From NCBI RefSeq assembly GCF_036321535.1, contig NC_087438.1, forward strand, positions 13,022,001 to 13,086,000: DNA of 64,000 nt, written 5' to 3'. This document shows, piece by piece, positions 12,991-26,714 of this stretch; within the stretch, counting starts at the first letter, position 1, and each line of letters starts with the position of its first letter. The position numbers were made by a program, and so were the translations under genes. The notes below the pieces were generated by a model. That model ran no database searches. It was given only the letters and a program-made list of their open reading frames with translations, and was not told the origin of the DNA. The stretch comes from Camelus dromedarius. Taxonomy: Eukaryota.

Positions 12991-15379
12991 ACACACTGTA
13001 AGAGGATAATGGAACCAAATGATGAGCTCAGCCTCTACCGGTCCAGAAGCAAGAATATTCATTACATCTGGACCAATATTTTTCACTAGATTAAAAGTAA
13101 AAGTAAAGAGTATTTGGGTATGTATTCATTTTTCTTATATCTAAATCTCATAGTGCCGTATTCAACAAATTGTTTTATTGATTTCACATTAAATCAAATT
13201 ATAATATCCTCAAACTATCGTATATGTGTAATGTACACAATACATACTATATATGCAATACAAAATATTATATAATTCAAAACATCATGTGGGTAAGTTG
13301 ACCCTGCCTGTTGCAGTAAATATTTTGCAACTCAAATTTGGCAAAACAGATAAGCAATAAATGGAGGATTTTATGAGTCTTATTATTGCCTGATAATATC
13401 TCAAATTGAAAGAAAAACAAAACAAAATTATTAAGTAATTACAGGAAAAGAGATTGATCTCTTTTCATATCTCTTGTCAAAGAAAAAGGAAAATGAAAGA
13501 AGAAAACTGTTTTTTCTTTCTTTAAGATTTTTGCAGTGGGAATAAACAGAGACTTTCTGGCTCTATATAAGATATCACCTTCTTATAATCCAACTATTAT
13601 AAAATATTCTGATAGTATACAAAGAGAATGATTTTAATTAAGTTCTTCAGCTGAATTTGTTGCTTTGGATCCTAGGAGATTGGAAAAAGAACTTGAATCT
13701 TAAGGCTCTATCGTAATTGAATGTTGACCTTCGCAAAGAGAATGAAGGTGAAATGTGGTTCATATTCTTTCATCAAAATTGAAAAATCAAATTTGCCTCT
13801 CCTCTCTAGAGTAGCATGAAATTCTATAAAATAGACACAAGAAGTCAAGCAGAACTGGAACCTAGTATTTCATTACACTAACCAATGCAAAGTAAGATTA
13901 TATTTAAGGATCAAAAGCAGAAGAAGGCGTGCATGGCTGCTGTCTGTGGATGATCAGTTGCTGAGAGCACTGAAGATGACTTGAGATTGCTGTGTGAACG
14001 TGGCCGGGAAATGCTAGGAACGTACATTTTACCATGGCTAGATATATGTCTGAAATTTTTTTCAGAAATGTGAGTTTATATTCAGAATTCATATTTTTAT
14101 CTCTACACATATTTCTATTTTAGAAATAAAGTTAGGTAGGTTTTGGAATGGTGACAGTTCAATGTATTATTCTTCGGCTAGAGACTATGTGTTGTTCAAA
14201 TAGATTCTGCTACCTAAACTACGAAAATGCATTGGCAAGCCGTGGCAGGAACATGGCAAAGAGATGGAATGGGAGAGTGGAGACCATCTGAAGCCTGAAC
14301 GTAGATATAACCTCAAGTGGAATTTCCTGTTGAATTTAGAGATGGTTCATTGCTTCAGCCTGTATATTGTTTATGTGAAACTGGAGCTAAATAAACCAGT
14401 CCACGACCTGATTTATCTGCCAAGTGGATTGAGCATTTATTCTCTCTGCCTCAAAAGCTGGTCATTTCAGTAGAGCCTTGCAGATGGTACATCCACTTCC
14501 CCGAAACTGAGCCACTTTAGGGCAGCTTGCCAACCTTTCCTGTTATTTAAAGTTCACCCTCAAAGTACACACAGCCACGTGTCCCTTTCTCAGCCAATAC
14601 GCCGCAGTATCGATGTGCTGTCTATTTGTCTTTCAGGCCACCAGAGCAGAGTTGGAGGCTTCGTCACCAACCATTTCTCTGAAGCTCACTATGAGAAAAT
14701 TACAGGGTCAAGAAATCTACTTATATTTTTGAGAAATGACTTTATACCAGAAACCGAGAGAATATTTGTGAACGCATTTGACAGTAAATATAGGATGAGA
14801 GTTTGTTGACATTTTTCTAAAATAGTGTATATGTTCAAGTGCAACATTAAAAAAGTAGCTTTTGCTTCACCCAGATGCTTTGAGGTGGAATACTATTTTT
14901 TTATTATAAAACAGAGCTATGTTTCCTAAAACATAAGCAAGTAAGGCGTATTTGCACTGATGTCAAACACTTGAAAGCATTTGGTGCTTTGATGATATTT
15001 TATTTTATTATATGGAGAGTGAGAATATATTGTGTAGAGTAGAACACGACTGCTTTTTTAAGTAGAGGAAGAAATTTATGTGATATTCGAGAACGTAAGT
15101 CTAATTACATTTATATGGTTCTCATTTTCAAAACCTCCAACTCTTGAAATTCTAAAGTCAGTGTTTCATTCCTATATTGAAATGAGTAATATTTTTTGCT
15201 GAAATATTATCAAATATGTATTTCTATAGTTTAGGAATGAGTACTTTTCTCAAGCTGCTTCAATGCGAGTAACTTGGTATTAACAAATACTTTGAAAAGG
15301 TATTTAAATATGAGATACTCATATCAGGGAGCTAGGTTGGGCCATCAATATAAAGGACCAGATAGTGACCAGACAGCCT

Positions 15380-16150
15380 ACTACTGGAAATATTAAAGCT
15401 TATTGTTCACTGGTATAATGATAGCAACAAGAAAATGAGTTTAACTACTGAATAAATTTAATCAGCCTCCAAAGGTATCAGCCTGACAGAATAGTACTCC
15501 TTTCTACATGTAAATACTATGTATTCAACTCTCATCTATTCATGATGACTAGTAGTCAGTCAAAATTTATGAGACACATAGAAAAGCAGAACAAATGGCC
15601 CTTTCTCAAAGCATATAGGAAATGGCATAACAAGATTCAGAAAAGATACAGATATTGAAGCTATTAGGGGGATTTTTAAAATAGCAACCATTGATATGTT
15701 AAAGGATCTAGTAGAAATGGTAGACAGCATGCACACATGGATGGTGAATTTCAGCCAGGACAGGAAACGCTAAAAATGCTAGAACAAAAAGATATAATAT
15801 CAGAGATGAAAAATTCCTTTAAAAAGCTTTAAAAAATGCTGAACTTGAAAATAGTTCACTAGAAATTATCCAAAATCAAGTGCTGAGGAAGAAAATGAAA
15901 AACCAGTAAAACATACAAAATATATGAGACGATATTAACATTTCTAATGTGGAAGTAACTGAAGTCCAAGAAAAATAAGGGAGAAAGAATGTATGAGAAG
16001 AACAAGGGAGGCTTTGAAGAAATAATGACACGGACTTTCCACAATTAGTGAAAGACAACAACTAAAGGTCCAACAAACTGAGGAAACCCCAAGAAATATG
16101 TGCAAAAACTTAACGTTAATCCAATTTACATCTTGTACAAAAACCAATAA
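15380..16150 (+). mobile_element. Old L1 5'UTR/ORF1 remnant
   Basis: Translation ELENSSLEIIQNQ...NIQNI*DDINISNVEVTEVQE...FEEIM parallels L1 ORF1p (ELED..EIIQ...LQEIWD..KRPNLRLIGVPE...IIQENF). Confidence 0.75.
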
Positions 16151-16199
16151 CTCAGAATACATTATAGCTCTAAATGTACAGTCTGAAGCTATGCAACAT

Positions 16200-17400
16200 A
16201 CAAAATGAAATTATTATGACTAAATAATAAGAAAAGTATCCCATTTTAAAAAAGGAGCAGAGAATTTGAGCATACTCTCTCCTAAGATATGAATGAAAAA
16301 TAAACACACAAAGTAATGCTCAACATTATTAGCCATTAGGAAAATATAAACCCTATCAAATAGCATACACATACACTAAAACCACCACAATTAAGAAATC
16401 AGATCACAAAAAGGCTGGCCAGCAGGCAAAACAACTGGAACTCTCTCAACTTGAAAATATAAAATAATACATCTACTTTGGAAAACAGCTTGTCAATTTC
16501 TCATGAATTTAAACCTTCACCCTATTGTATGACCTTAAAATATCTCTTCTAGCTATTTATCCAAGAGAAATGAAAACAAATGTCCACACAAAAATCTGCA
16601 TGCAACTCAGTATCGGAACTTTATTATTGTGTATGGGAGCCCAAGCTGAAGACAACTTAAGTGACCATCAGCTATTGAGTGGATCAACAAATCATGGCAC
16701 CTCTGTGCATTGGAATGCTCAGCAATTAAAAAAAATAATGAACTACAGGTAGATATATGCAACAGCAGGGATGAGTCTCAAAAGATTACTGCTAAGTAAA
16801 AGAATACTTAAAATATACACACTGAACAATTCCATTTACACAGCATTAAAGAAAGACAAAACAGTAGAAGCAGAAATCAGACAACTCTTTTCCAGGAGCT
16901 AAGGTTGGGAGTAGGAGAACGACTGAAAGAGGCACCAGGAATCTTTTTGTGATGATGGAAATGTTCTGTAACTTAATGGTGGTAGTAGTTACGTAACTGT
17001 ATATATTTGTCAAAACTTGTCAAATTATACATTTAAAAGGAAAGGAGTTGACTGTATTTAAGTTGTAACTCAATACACTGGACTTAATAAGTGAACCGAG
17101 TGAATATTTATGGCTTTCATTCTGAGCAAAATTTTAATGTACTTCCAATGTAGTTGCACTGAACCTTATTTGTAAGACAGAAAAAATAATAATCTACATC
17201 AGTTACACAATAATAGCTACTTATAGAGGAGGAGGTAAGGGGTCTAAAGAAGAAAACTTAGAGCACTTAAATTTTCTATGACATTTTATTTACCAAGAAA
17301 ACATCAGCAAGAAATGTACTAAATTTGTAATTTTTTGACTACAGATAAATGTGTTAGATGATTCACTACACTTCTTCCTACTGTATTTTCTTTTTCCCAA
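16200..17400 (+). mobile_element. Old L1 (L1MC/MD/ME-type) ORF2 C-terminus and 3'UTR
   Basis: actttggaaaacagcttg...tatttatccaagagaaatgaaaacaaatgtccacacaaaa...gatggaaatgttctgta...tttgtcaaaact. Confidence 0.8.
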
Positions 17401-17599
17401 GAAATGAAGTGGAATTTAGTTTGGTCTTGTGACCAGGAAGATTCTAACAATATGATCTCTTTTCTGATAGATTGGACACAAAATAGAAGTAAAACAAAAC
17501 AACAAAGAATATATTTCTGGTTTTGAGCCTCATTCTCTTTTTCCCAGATGTGCTTTATTTTAGCTTAGATTTAACTAAACTTTTTTAAAAAGAGGAGCA

Positions 17600-18520
17600 A
17601 ATAATGATACATACTGACCACCTGCTCACAAACCTGTTTCCTTTGCTGCCTGGCTACACATCTGTGTTATATGTTCCAGTCTCCATAGATGTGGATGTAT
17701 TCACGTAATGATTTTCCAGAACCGCAGGGGTTCACACTACTAAGCCTAGTCCATGTAGACATCTCTGAGTTCTCATCTTCTATGCTATTTTACCCTCTTC
17801 CATATTAATTTAGCCAAGCTCTGTGACCTTGTGTACAGGGTTGAGTAACATACCTCAAAATTTATGTCCATCCACAACCTGTTAACATGACCTTATTTGG
17901 AAATAAGGTCTTTGCCGATGTAAACAAGTTAAGATGACATCCTAGTGGATAACGGTGGTCCATTAGTCCAACAGAACTGGTGTCTTTATGTAAGGACTGT
18001 AATTCTTATAAGAAGAGGGAAATTTGGACACAAACATATACAGGGAGAATAGCATGTGATGACAGAGGCAGAGATTGGAGCAGCGTACTTACAGACAAAG
18101 AACTCCTAAGACTGCAAGGAACCACCCAAAGGTAGAAAGGGGCAAGGAAAGATCCTTCCTTAGAGTTTTCAGAGAGAAAGCATGGCCTTGCCAATACCTT
18201 GGTTTGAGACTTCTAACCTCTAGAAATTTGAGGGAATAAACTGATGTTGCTTCAAAGCCACCCAGTGTGTGGTAATCTGTTACCGCAGCCTTGGGGAACG
18301 AATGTATTTTGGGAACTACATGTTAAAGACAGCAGCCCCAAAAGACATAAGGAAACTGGGCCTTCAAATTAGTGCTTCCAAGACAGCAGATCCTAATAAG
18401 AAACTACATTTTAGATTTCATGTATGTAGAGGAGAAATAGAATTTACTGTTAAGCTACTGAAATTGGTGGCTTTGTTTGTTTGTTTCAGGAGCTACTGCA
18501 GGTCTAAATAACATGTTTAA
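17600..18520 (+). mobile_element. Old MLT1(J/H)-like LTR split by the MLT1C insertion
   Basis: The flanks rejoin as gaccttg|ggaactacatgttaaagacagcagccc, similar to MLT1J accttgggagccacatgttgaagatggcagagcc. Confidence 0.5.
17832..18306 (+). mobile_element. MaLR solo LTR (MLT1C-like)
   Basis: 475 bp. Contains gaccttatttggaaataaggtctttgc, gcagagattggag and aagccacccagtgtgtggtaatctgttaccgcagcc. Degenerate TSD ccttg/ttttg. Confidence 0.9.
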
Positions 18521-19699
18521 GCTCAGGAAAGGACAGTGCTATGGAAATCAACGTCATTCTCCGTGAGAATATGTTCCCTCCCCACCCCAATTATCCCAAT
18601 AGGCAGGTAAGCTGAGGGCATGAATATTTCCCGGCACCAAACATTCCTTAATTCCTATTTGAAAGTCAACAAAATATACAATTTTTAAAAAAATCTTATC
18701 TTAAATCTCCATATGCTAAAAGCTTGGAATAGTTCTGTTAAATACATCTATAAGTCTTGGATTGAAGGAAATAGTTGATCTGTGCATGCGAGAAAAAGAG
18801 AAACAGACAGACGGAGAGATTCAGATAATGTGGCGGGATCCTTGCAGATTTCTCAAGACGCAGTCATCTCCTGGTTACACCCTCCACATCCTCTAACTCA
18901 GAAGAACAAGGGCTGCTCTGGGTTACGGGGCTGGGGGCTGGGAGCAGTGGCATAAAGACAGACCGAGAAGCCCACCTCTTAGTCTACCCGAAGGGTTTAC
19001 AAATCAATGGCGTGAGTAATGCGTCTGCAGTTTTGACAGAGCCATACATTTCCTCCTAAGCACACAAAATGCAGAAATATCATCACCCAGCTTCTTTCAA
19101 TCAGAAATGAAATTAACCTTCATGAAAAATGTGGATAGAGAACTGTACACTTGCTAATAATACCCGACTGAACCTCCGGAGAACTAGAGTTTGGCACTGA
19201 GGATCATTGCACTTTTTAAGACAAATAGGAGAACAATGGCAGCACAACATAGGGTTCATGCTCTTGTTCAATCAAAACTAGCAGGGGACGTGGTCAGGTT
19301 CGAATTAGGTGATACCGAAGCAACCCCCTTACGTATACGCGGTGTGTTTTGCCGTCTCCTCCTCTCCTAAATAATTGCACGTGTGTGTGCACTGTGACTG
19401 TTAACTTATATCTGGAAAATAAACAGAGAATAAAGTTTAAAATAACCTGAAGCATATCATATCCAGAAGTTATTTTAATTCCCACAGACCCTTTATCAAT
19501 TTTAGGATTAATAGGCAAAGAACACTCAAATTTTTATCAAAGCCCTTCAAGCAATATTATCAGTGTATTAATGTCATTAAATATTGCAAAAGTCATTCAA
19601 AACTTTTGGGCTGAAATTGCTGATAATTATATGCTATTCATAAGGCTCTCTCTGAGACAGGGACCCAAATCATACCTTCAACAGCTCTTTATAATGAAC

Positions 19700-20515
19700 C
19701 ATGAATCTTCTGATAGCTAAATATAAGACATTAGTCATCTTTGTATGATCCTTCTCTCTTAACCTAAATCTTTTTAGCCATCACATTTACACTTTTCTAC
19801 TTTCAACGTGTTTTTGTTTTGCTTTGATTTGTTTGGTTTGCAATGATTTTCTCTTCTCCACTTCTATGCTACCTTGAGGCTTCCTCTAATACACCTCGGT
19901 TCACTGAAATCATGTCCAACTGCCGACTTATCTTTACTACTGTTTCAGCTAAATTTTGTTCTATGGATTACAGTGCTGCGAGATCAATCTTCCTTAAGCA
20001 AAGTTCTAACCACTTCCATTGCCTATTTCATTAGATCTATATTCCCATAGTCTTAATTTTCCAGAATCTTACATGTCCTGGCACCATCCACCTTCCCAGA
20101 ATGACAACTGGCTGAACTTTCACATCATTTATGCAATCTATACAAACTGGAGTTAAAAATTTTTCATTGGTAGTTTCTCCAATTTTCTAGCCCCTGAATT
20201 TTTGCCCATGTAAATACTCTTTTTCCCCCATCTGAAAGACTTCTCCTCCTTCACAAATTTACCTATCAAAACCCTATTTATTCTTTAAAAAGTAATTCAA
20301 ATTTACTTCCTTCATGATATATACTTGGGTCTTTGCAATGCTGTTTGAATTATGCCTTGTACTTAATTACCAATATACTTTTCCATCACCCTAGGAGTGT
20401 GTATTCCCTGTAAGCCTTGAATAGAAACTGTTTATATTTATGTATATCTTTCAGAAACTATCACAGAGTCAAGCATATGAAACTTTCCAAACAGTAACTA
20501 TTTATTTGAATGTAA
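19700..20515 (+). mobile_element. LINE2 fragments
   Basis: Pyrimidine-rich L2-type body ending tgtaagccttg...atcacagagtcaagcata...tatttatttgaatg. Confidence 0.6.
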
Positions 20516-21228
20516 TTTAGACAACTTCCCATTTCAAATTCAAAACTGCTCATGCTTCAAATAAAGTCTTTGACAAATAGAAAATGTGGATTACATTTAT
20601 TTTGTAACACTATCTCTCAACCCATTAGAGCACAGAAATATATCACTAGAAGCATAACAAGAAACAACTGGGGATTAATTATGAAATATTCTTATCTCCT
20701 ACAAGTAGTTAGCAGGGAAAAAAAATGTCTTCAGGAAACAGCTATAATTTGAAACACTTAAACCCTTTCCACTGAATGGAGTAACTTTATCCTATGCTCT
20801 TCTGAAAATCTCATTGCCAATTTCCTTGCATATTTCTAAGTGTAACCATTAGAAGACTTAGGAAACCACTGTAATTCATGATAGGCTAAAAGCTAGCCTT
20901 GCTTCTCATAATAGTATTGTCACATTTTTGAGATAAAGAGAAACATTTTGTGTTAAAGACATTTGCTCTATTATCTTAAAAGATGCAGATTTTCTTCATT
21001 TTACACTAATTTTTAGTCTTAATTTCATCAAAACAATTACATTTGTATTGTTTGCAAACACACAGGCCCCCTAATAAAAGCTTGGTGTTTACATTTAAGG
21101 TTAGAACAAAGAGGACCTCATCAATTGTTGTCAACAGACTGATGGACTGAAGGAACTCTGGCTAGTACCAAGCATCTGACTCAGACAGATTTTATATTTC
21201 CATTATTCTTATGTTCATGTAAGCACAT

Positions 21229-21749
21229 TGTATTAGGGAAGAACAAATTTGACTCCATATTAAATCTGTCCCTTTGGCTCTAACCCTGTGCTACGTTTCC
21301 TGTGCTTCATCATTCTGGTTCTGCACCCTTTTGTAACAGAATGTTGCCAATAGTCTGAAATGTACAGGAGAGCTCATTCTTATGGTCAGAACCTTTAAGG
21401 GTATAGCACTTTTTCATTCATATAAAGAAAAAAATTGCAGAATAGAAAATAATATTTGTCTTCTTGGAGGTTTACAGGGACCCCATGACCTGACCTACAT
21501 GGACAGCTGCAAGAACAAAGGATTCCGACACCAAGAAGTTTGTAACAACCAACCACACACCCTCTCCTTTTTAGTATAAAAGGAGCCTGAATTCAGACTT
21601 GGGGAAAAATGGTTTTCCAGGACATTAGTCTGCCATCTACTCCATCTGCTGGCTTTCCAAATAAAGTCATTATTCCTTGCCCCGACACCTCATCTGCTGA
21701 TTTATTGGCCTGTCATGCAGCAAGCAGAACGAGTTTGGACTCGATAACA
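21229..21749 (+). mobile_element. Class I ERV solo LTR (MER41-like, artiodactyl type)
   Basis: TG...CA termini, perfect TSD ACAT (21225-21228, 21750-21753), TATAAAA at 21575-21581, AATAAA at 21660-21665. Confidence 0.88.
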
Positions 21750-24471
21750 ACATTTGGTAAATCATCAGCATTCATCTTCATTTCTGAATATTCCTTTCCA
21801 AAATTCATGCATTTCCTTCTACTTGAATATTCCTCACTACATATGAATATTTAAAGCTTTCTCCATTCTTCACAAAATCTTTCTTCCTCCCATCAACCTC
21901 AACCAAAATTTCCTCAGAAACTACCACACTACCTTGGTACAAGTCAAGACACTAACTTTCAAATAAAATATTAAGGAAAAGTCTGATACTCTTGGCATTA
22001 CCCATTGGTCCTATAATGTATCTCATTAAGTAGAATGCCCCTCTCCACCCCGCCCCAATTCAAAACAGTTGAATGGCTCTAGAAGCTTCAGGTGCAAAGC
22101 GAGCCAGATGGTTAAACCTTATTAGACTGGGACGCTATCAAATTGAGTGCCATGTGTGCTTGCGATCAGGGAACACTATTTCTCACTATTATATCTCTTG
22201 TTCCACTTGAAAAAATTTCTCTTCTCAATCCCTTGGAATCTTCTTAATTGAAGATTTCAGCCGCAAAGGGGGGGAAATGTTTCTACTTGGTAAACAACAG
22301 TGATTTTATTGACTTGAGAGTTAGCATTGCAACCTGGCCAAGGTAAGCCCCTAATTCACCTACATGGAAAAAAAAGTGGGTTGTGGTGAAGATTTGGGTG
22401 AATAATTCTGCCTGCCAAAGAGAAAAAGCATTGTTGATGCAAAATGGAGTTTATGCATCCACGTGCTGGCGGGACCTACATGTGATTAAAATCCTCAGAA
22501 ATGGAAGTGAGGACACAAGCAAAGTAACAAAACCACAGTAAGTAGCAAAACTCAAGTAGCTGTGTTTCTTACAAAAGTTCAAGGGGCGGATCACATAGTA
22601 GCAAAGACATAGATAACTGTTTACAGCCCTCTTAGCAGCTGCAGTTACACATTCTGCATACAAAGAAAGTAGTTAACTTTTTGCTTTAGCTCAGAGGTGA
22701 CAGAATACAGACAGGATTTCATGAGTTCAAAGAAACAGATTAATAGGTCAAAAATTTTAGATTTGGAAGTGAATTCAGTAACTGATGGGATTGGGACTGT
22801 CTCTCCCAAGTGAAGCTATATGATTTTGTTAATATAAGAGACAGTTGGATTCTGATAGGCAGGGCATTTCTCTGAGAAGCACAAATATGAGATATAGGTA
22901 TGTGTATGCAGGATAATCAGAGGCTATCCTCCAAGTAGATCTTTGAGGTAAATTCAACTTGAGTATATACTGTACCACCTTTCTACCTCTACGGATCATG
23001 CCTTTGTTTGAGTTTTCATGGGAATTGGTCCTTATTTTCCCCTAGGGAATCCAAAGATGCTAGATTTCTGCCTTCCATGCACGAGTTTTGCATGCATTAT
23101 AACATGGTCGCTTACCTGAGCAATCCCACCTGGGATGTTTAATCCAATCTGAGTGATACAGAGAAGCAAAATTTGGTTTATAATTCATTGCCATAGCAAC
23201 AGCATCCTGTGTTTCCAGTATTGGTTTCAGCAGTTCCTTCTAGGACTCAGTGGGGGCAATACTACCATGACTGAATGATTATATATATATCTATATATCC
23301 ATATGTACAATATCCATATAAAATATTGTATGTATTATAGTTATATGTATTATATATTCACATGAATCTAAAAGTACATTTTCAAAGTGTGGTAGATAAC
23401 ATCAAGGACTTAAATTAGTACACAGGTTAAAACAGTTAAAACCAATTCATGCATTATACTGTTAAAATTGGACAGATCCATTAACTCTGCTTTATTATTT
23501 GTAAAATAATATGCTGTCTTATGAGATGGCTGGAGTTCATTCCCTATTCAATCCACCGTTTGATGAAACAACAGTGTTTGAAGTGGTTTTCCATCCATGT
23601 TGATCCTTAGCTGAAAATAAAATGTGATTAGAAATTCTTTTGACAGAAGAATTTATTAGCTTTAAAGTTAATAAAATTTCTAATGTGAATGGTTACTTTC
23701 TGTCTGAGTAGTTTGCTATAATAAACTGAGTATTAGATTGACAGTAGTTAATGGCATTCATTCCAGGGAAAGGAATCTTTACCGGCAACGTTGAGAAACT
23801 AACTTCCTTGAAATGTACCTGGAAATCTTCCCAGACTTTGGTATCCATCTATCATCCAACAAGACTCTAGAAGGTGCATTTTGCTTACACTGCTTTTTTC
23901 ATAAATTTGAAAGAAAATAAATGTGCATCATCTGCTATGTTACAGAAGACAACTAATGCACATATATTTTGAATTTATGTTTAACTTAAGATATTGGGGG
24001 GGCACTGTTTTATTGTAGAAAACAGTGGCATAAAATGAGGACAAATATATGAGGGTGTTGTCCATTTATGCTCTGTTTAAAGATAAGCTTTATGCCAGTA
24101 CATTTATTAAAGAGATTAAGTTTTCTCAGCTGCATGACAAGACAGGGTTGGCTGAGGTTGGTAACTTCTATGTCAGAAGTAAGCTGTCTTCAGGTAGGAT
24201 AAATGGATCACTTGAAAAAATATAAAAGCTGAACATGACTTGCTTTTGGCAGCAGCAGAAGACAATTTATCAGGGATAAACGCCTGTTTAAGTAAGGTTT
24301 CTCAAGAAGATTGACTTGTACCTGTCTCACATTCTCTAAAGATATTTAGAGATTGAGGTCTTCACTTTGGTATGCTTAGTGGTATAATTAGGTTCTGGAG
24401 TTGGGCCTTAGGTTGTTTTAAACATTGTAAAACTTTGTATATTTAATAGAGATACTGTATGGATTGAGGAT

Positions 24472-24851
24472 TATTATGAGCCGAATTTTGCCACGACCCT
24501 CATCCATATTTTGAAGTCCTAAAACCTAGTATCTCAATATGTGATTTTATTTGCACATAGAGTCTTTACAGAAGTAATTCAGCTGAAGAGAGGTCCTTAG
24601 GGTAAACCCTAATCCAATCTGACTTTGCCCTAGAAGAGGAAATTAGGGTGCAGAAACCTACAGAAAGAGACCATGTGAAGACACTAGGAGAAGAAAGTCA
24701 TCTACAAACCAAAGAGAGAAGGCTTAGAAGAAACCCTGCCAAGATCTTGATCTGGGACTTCTGGCCTTCAGAATCATGAGAAAATAAATCCCTGTCTTTA
24801 AGCCACCCGGACTGCAGCACTTTGTTATGGCAAACCTAGGGAACTAACACA
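24472..24851 (+). mobile_element. MaLR solo LTR (MLT1B-like)
   Basis: 380 bp. Contains ccctaatccaatctgact, ccatgtgaagacac and tttaagccacccggactgcagcactttgttatggca...aactaacaca. Confidence 0.9.
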
Positions 24852-24965
24852 GGAATACAGAGCATCTGATTTCTAGTGTCAGCTGTCTACTTACTGGTTA
24901 TTTTAAATTTGATAGTTAATTTAATCACTCTGAGCCTCAGCTTTCCCATATGTTGAAAAAAAAAG
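24852..24965 (+). mobile_element. MIR fragment
   Basis: MIR core agttaatttaatcactctgagcctcagctttcccatatgt. Confidence 0.7.
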
Positions 24966-25779
24966 AAAATTTAGACCACTTTGTCCATGCTTTTTTGCTT
25001 TGTGGTGAGACAGTAGGTCAAGATGGTAAATTTTTTTAAAACTTATTTCTCATCTAAATTTCTATGTTCAGGGTAATATTCAACTGTGATTTCAAAATAA
25101 AAATATATTGAGGCACACAAGCACTCAGAAAGTATATTATCTACGTACTACATTTTTCTGAAAACTGAATTAAGGACATAACGACAACATAAAAAGGCAA
25201 AGATGGACAACACAAAATACAGGAAAAGCTGGTAAACTGGGTTGCCTTCAAATGATGATAAGTGCAAATCAGTCTTGATAATATGAGGACTTAATACATT
25301 TTGTATTAAACATTTTAAATATAGAAGACATATATTATGTTTAAAAGAAAGTAACATTTTGGAAAAAAATTTCTGGATAATTTTATCCGAAATTTTGTTT
25401 TGGGTATACAAGATTAGGAAAGAATAATCTTAATTTATGTTCGAATCTCACTATTTCTTATTTTCACCAGAAACTTTTATTACCAATTTTTATTTTTAAC
25501 TCCTTTGTGGTTATACTCTGTACTGTATTTGGAGCTATTCATTGGTCTTTGGATATCTTCAAATATTTCCATGAACAATAAGAATATGGTCAACTAAATA
25601 AAGTCTTTTCAATCACACATGCTACTAAGCTACTTTTTAATGTCTCTCTGCTTCATAAACTTCTTAAGAGTTAACTATATTCACTGTCTCCAAGACTGTA
25701 ATAACAAATAAGCCAACACATTAATACAAATGTAGAATTACTGAAATCTCATTAGAGATCAGAAAATACACATTGAAAC

Positions 25780-26500
25780 ATTAACTAGATGACAGTTTTG
25801 TGTTAGATTTCAAAGGAAAAGATTTAATAGCACATGATGTTGGCAAGAGTAACGGGATAGCATACACACTTTTGATGGGAATGTAAATTTATTTGACTTT
25901 TCAGGAGGCAGTTAGAAACTCTTTTTTGAACTTATAAATGCACACACTTTTGACTAACAATTATATTTCTGTAAATTTATCCTGCAGTAGTGCTAGCATT
26001 AATGACTGAAGATTTATGTGCACTGATGTTCACTAACATGTGTAACAGCAAAAACCAAACCAAATCAAACCACACCTGGAAATATCACAAATATGCATAA
26101 ATAAATAAATTTGATATGTCCAAGTATTTGCACAAAATGCTGTGATTAACAAAAGTAAAACAAACCTTCATGTTTTCACTTAGAATTTTTTAAACTATTG
26201 TTAAGTTATAAAAGCCAGGTGCAGAACAATATGTAGAGCATGATCTTTTTTGCATGGGTAAAAATTGTGTGTTTGTGTGTATGTATGAAAGAGAGAAAAT
26301 AAAAGCTAAGAAAGATATTGTGTGCCAATATGCACAAAAAATGCCTGGGAATATGTAATCCTCCTAAACAATTTAACATCTTCTGAATTGAATAAGAGTG
26401 AAATATAAGGATATAATTGTTATTAAGTTATTTATTGTTTAGAGTTGTTAAAATTTATTGTTTTACTTTTCTAATATAGAATTAAAAATTTTTTGAAAAG
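25780..26500 (+). mobile_element. L1ME-type 3' fragment
   Basis: gttggcaagagt...tgatgggaatgtaaatt...aatttatcctgcag...gcagaacaatatgtagagcatgatc. Confidence 0.7.
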
Positions 26501-26555
26501 AAATATTTCAAGTGCATGAATAATATAAAGATACTTTAACAAAATCCATTAACTT

Positions 26556-26682
26556 TATATATATATATATGATATATAATATTGTTTGAAATGCAGTGCA
26601 ATTTCATTGCCTTAAAATATATATATATTTTTATATATTTGTGTGTGTATATATATGTATATATGTATATATACATATATAT
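26556..26682. repeat. (TA)-rich low-complexity repeats
   Basis: Interrupted (TA)n and (TATG)n runs. Confidence 0.8.
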
Positions 26683-26714
26683 AAAAAGGAAAAAGAAAAG
26701 TTTTGAACCAGATT

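Noticed and set aside
19284..19330. Pol III ncRNA (GGTTCGAAT B-box-like motif, weak hairpin)
   Set aside because: No convincing A box or tRNA-like fold; better treated as part of the CpG-rich island.
22261..22348. 82-nt exon candidate ending AAG|GTAAGC
   Set aside because: Poor pyrimidine tract with an AG just upstream of the acceptor, and no supporting frame.
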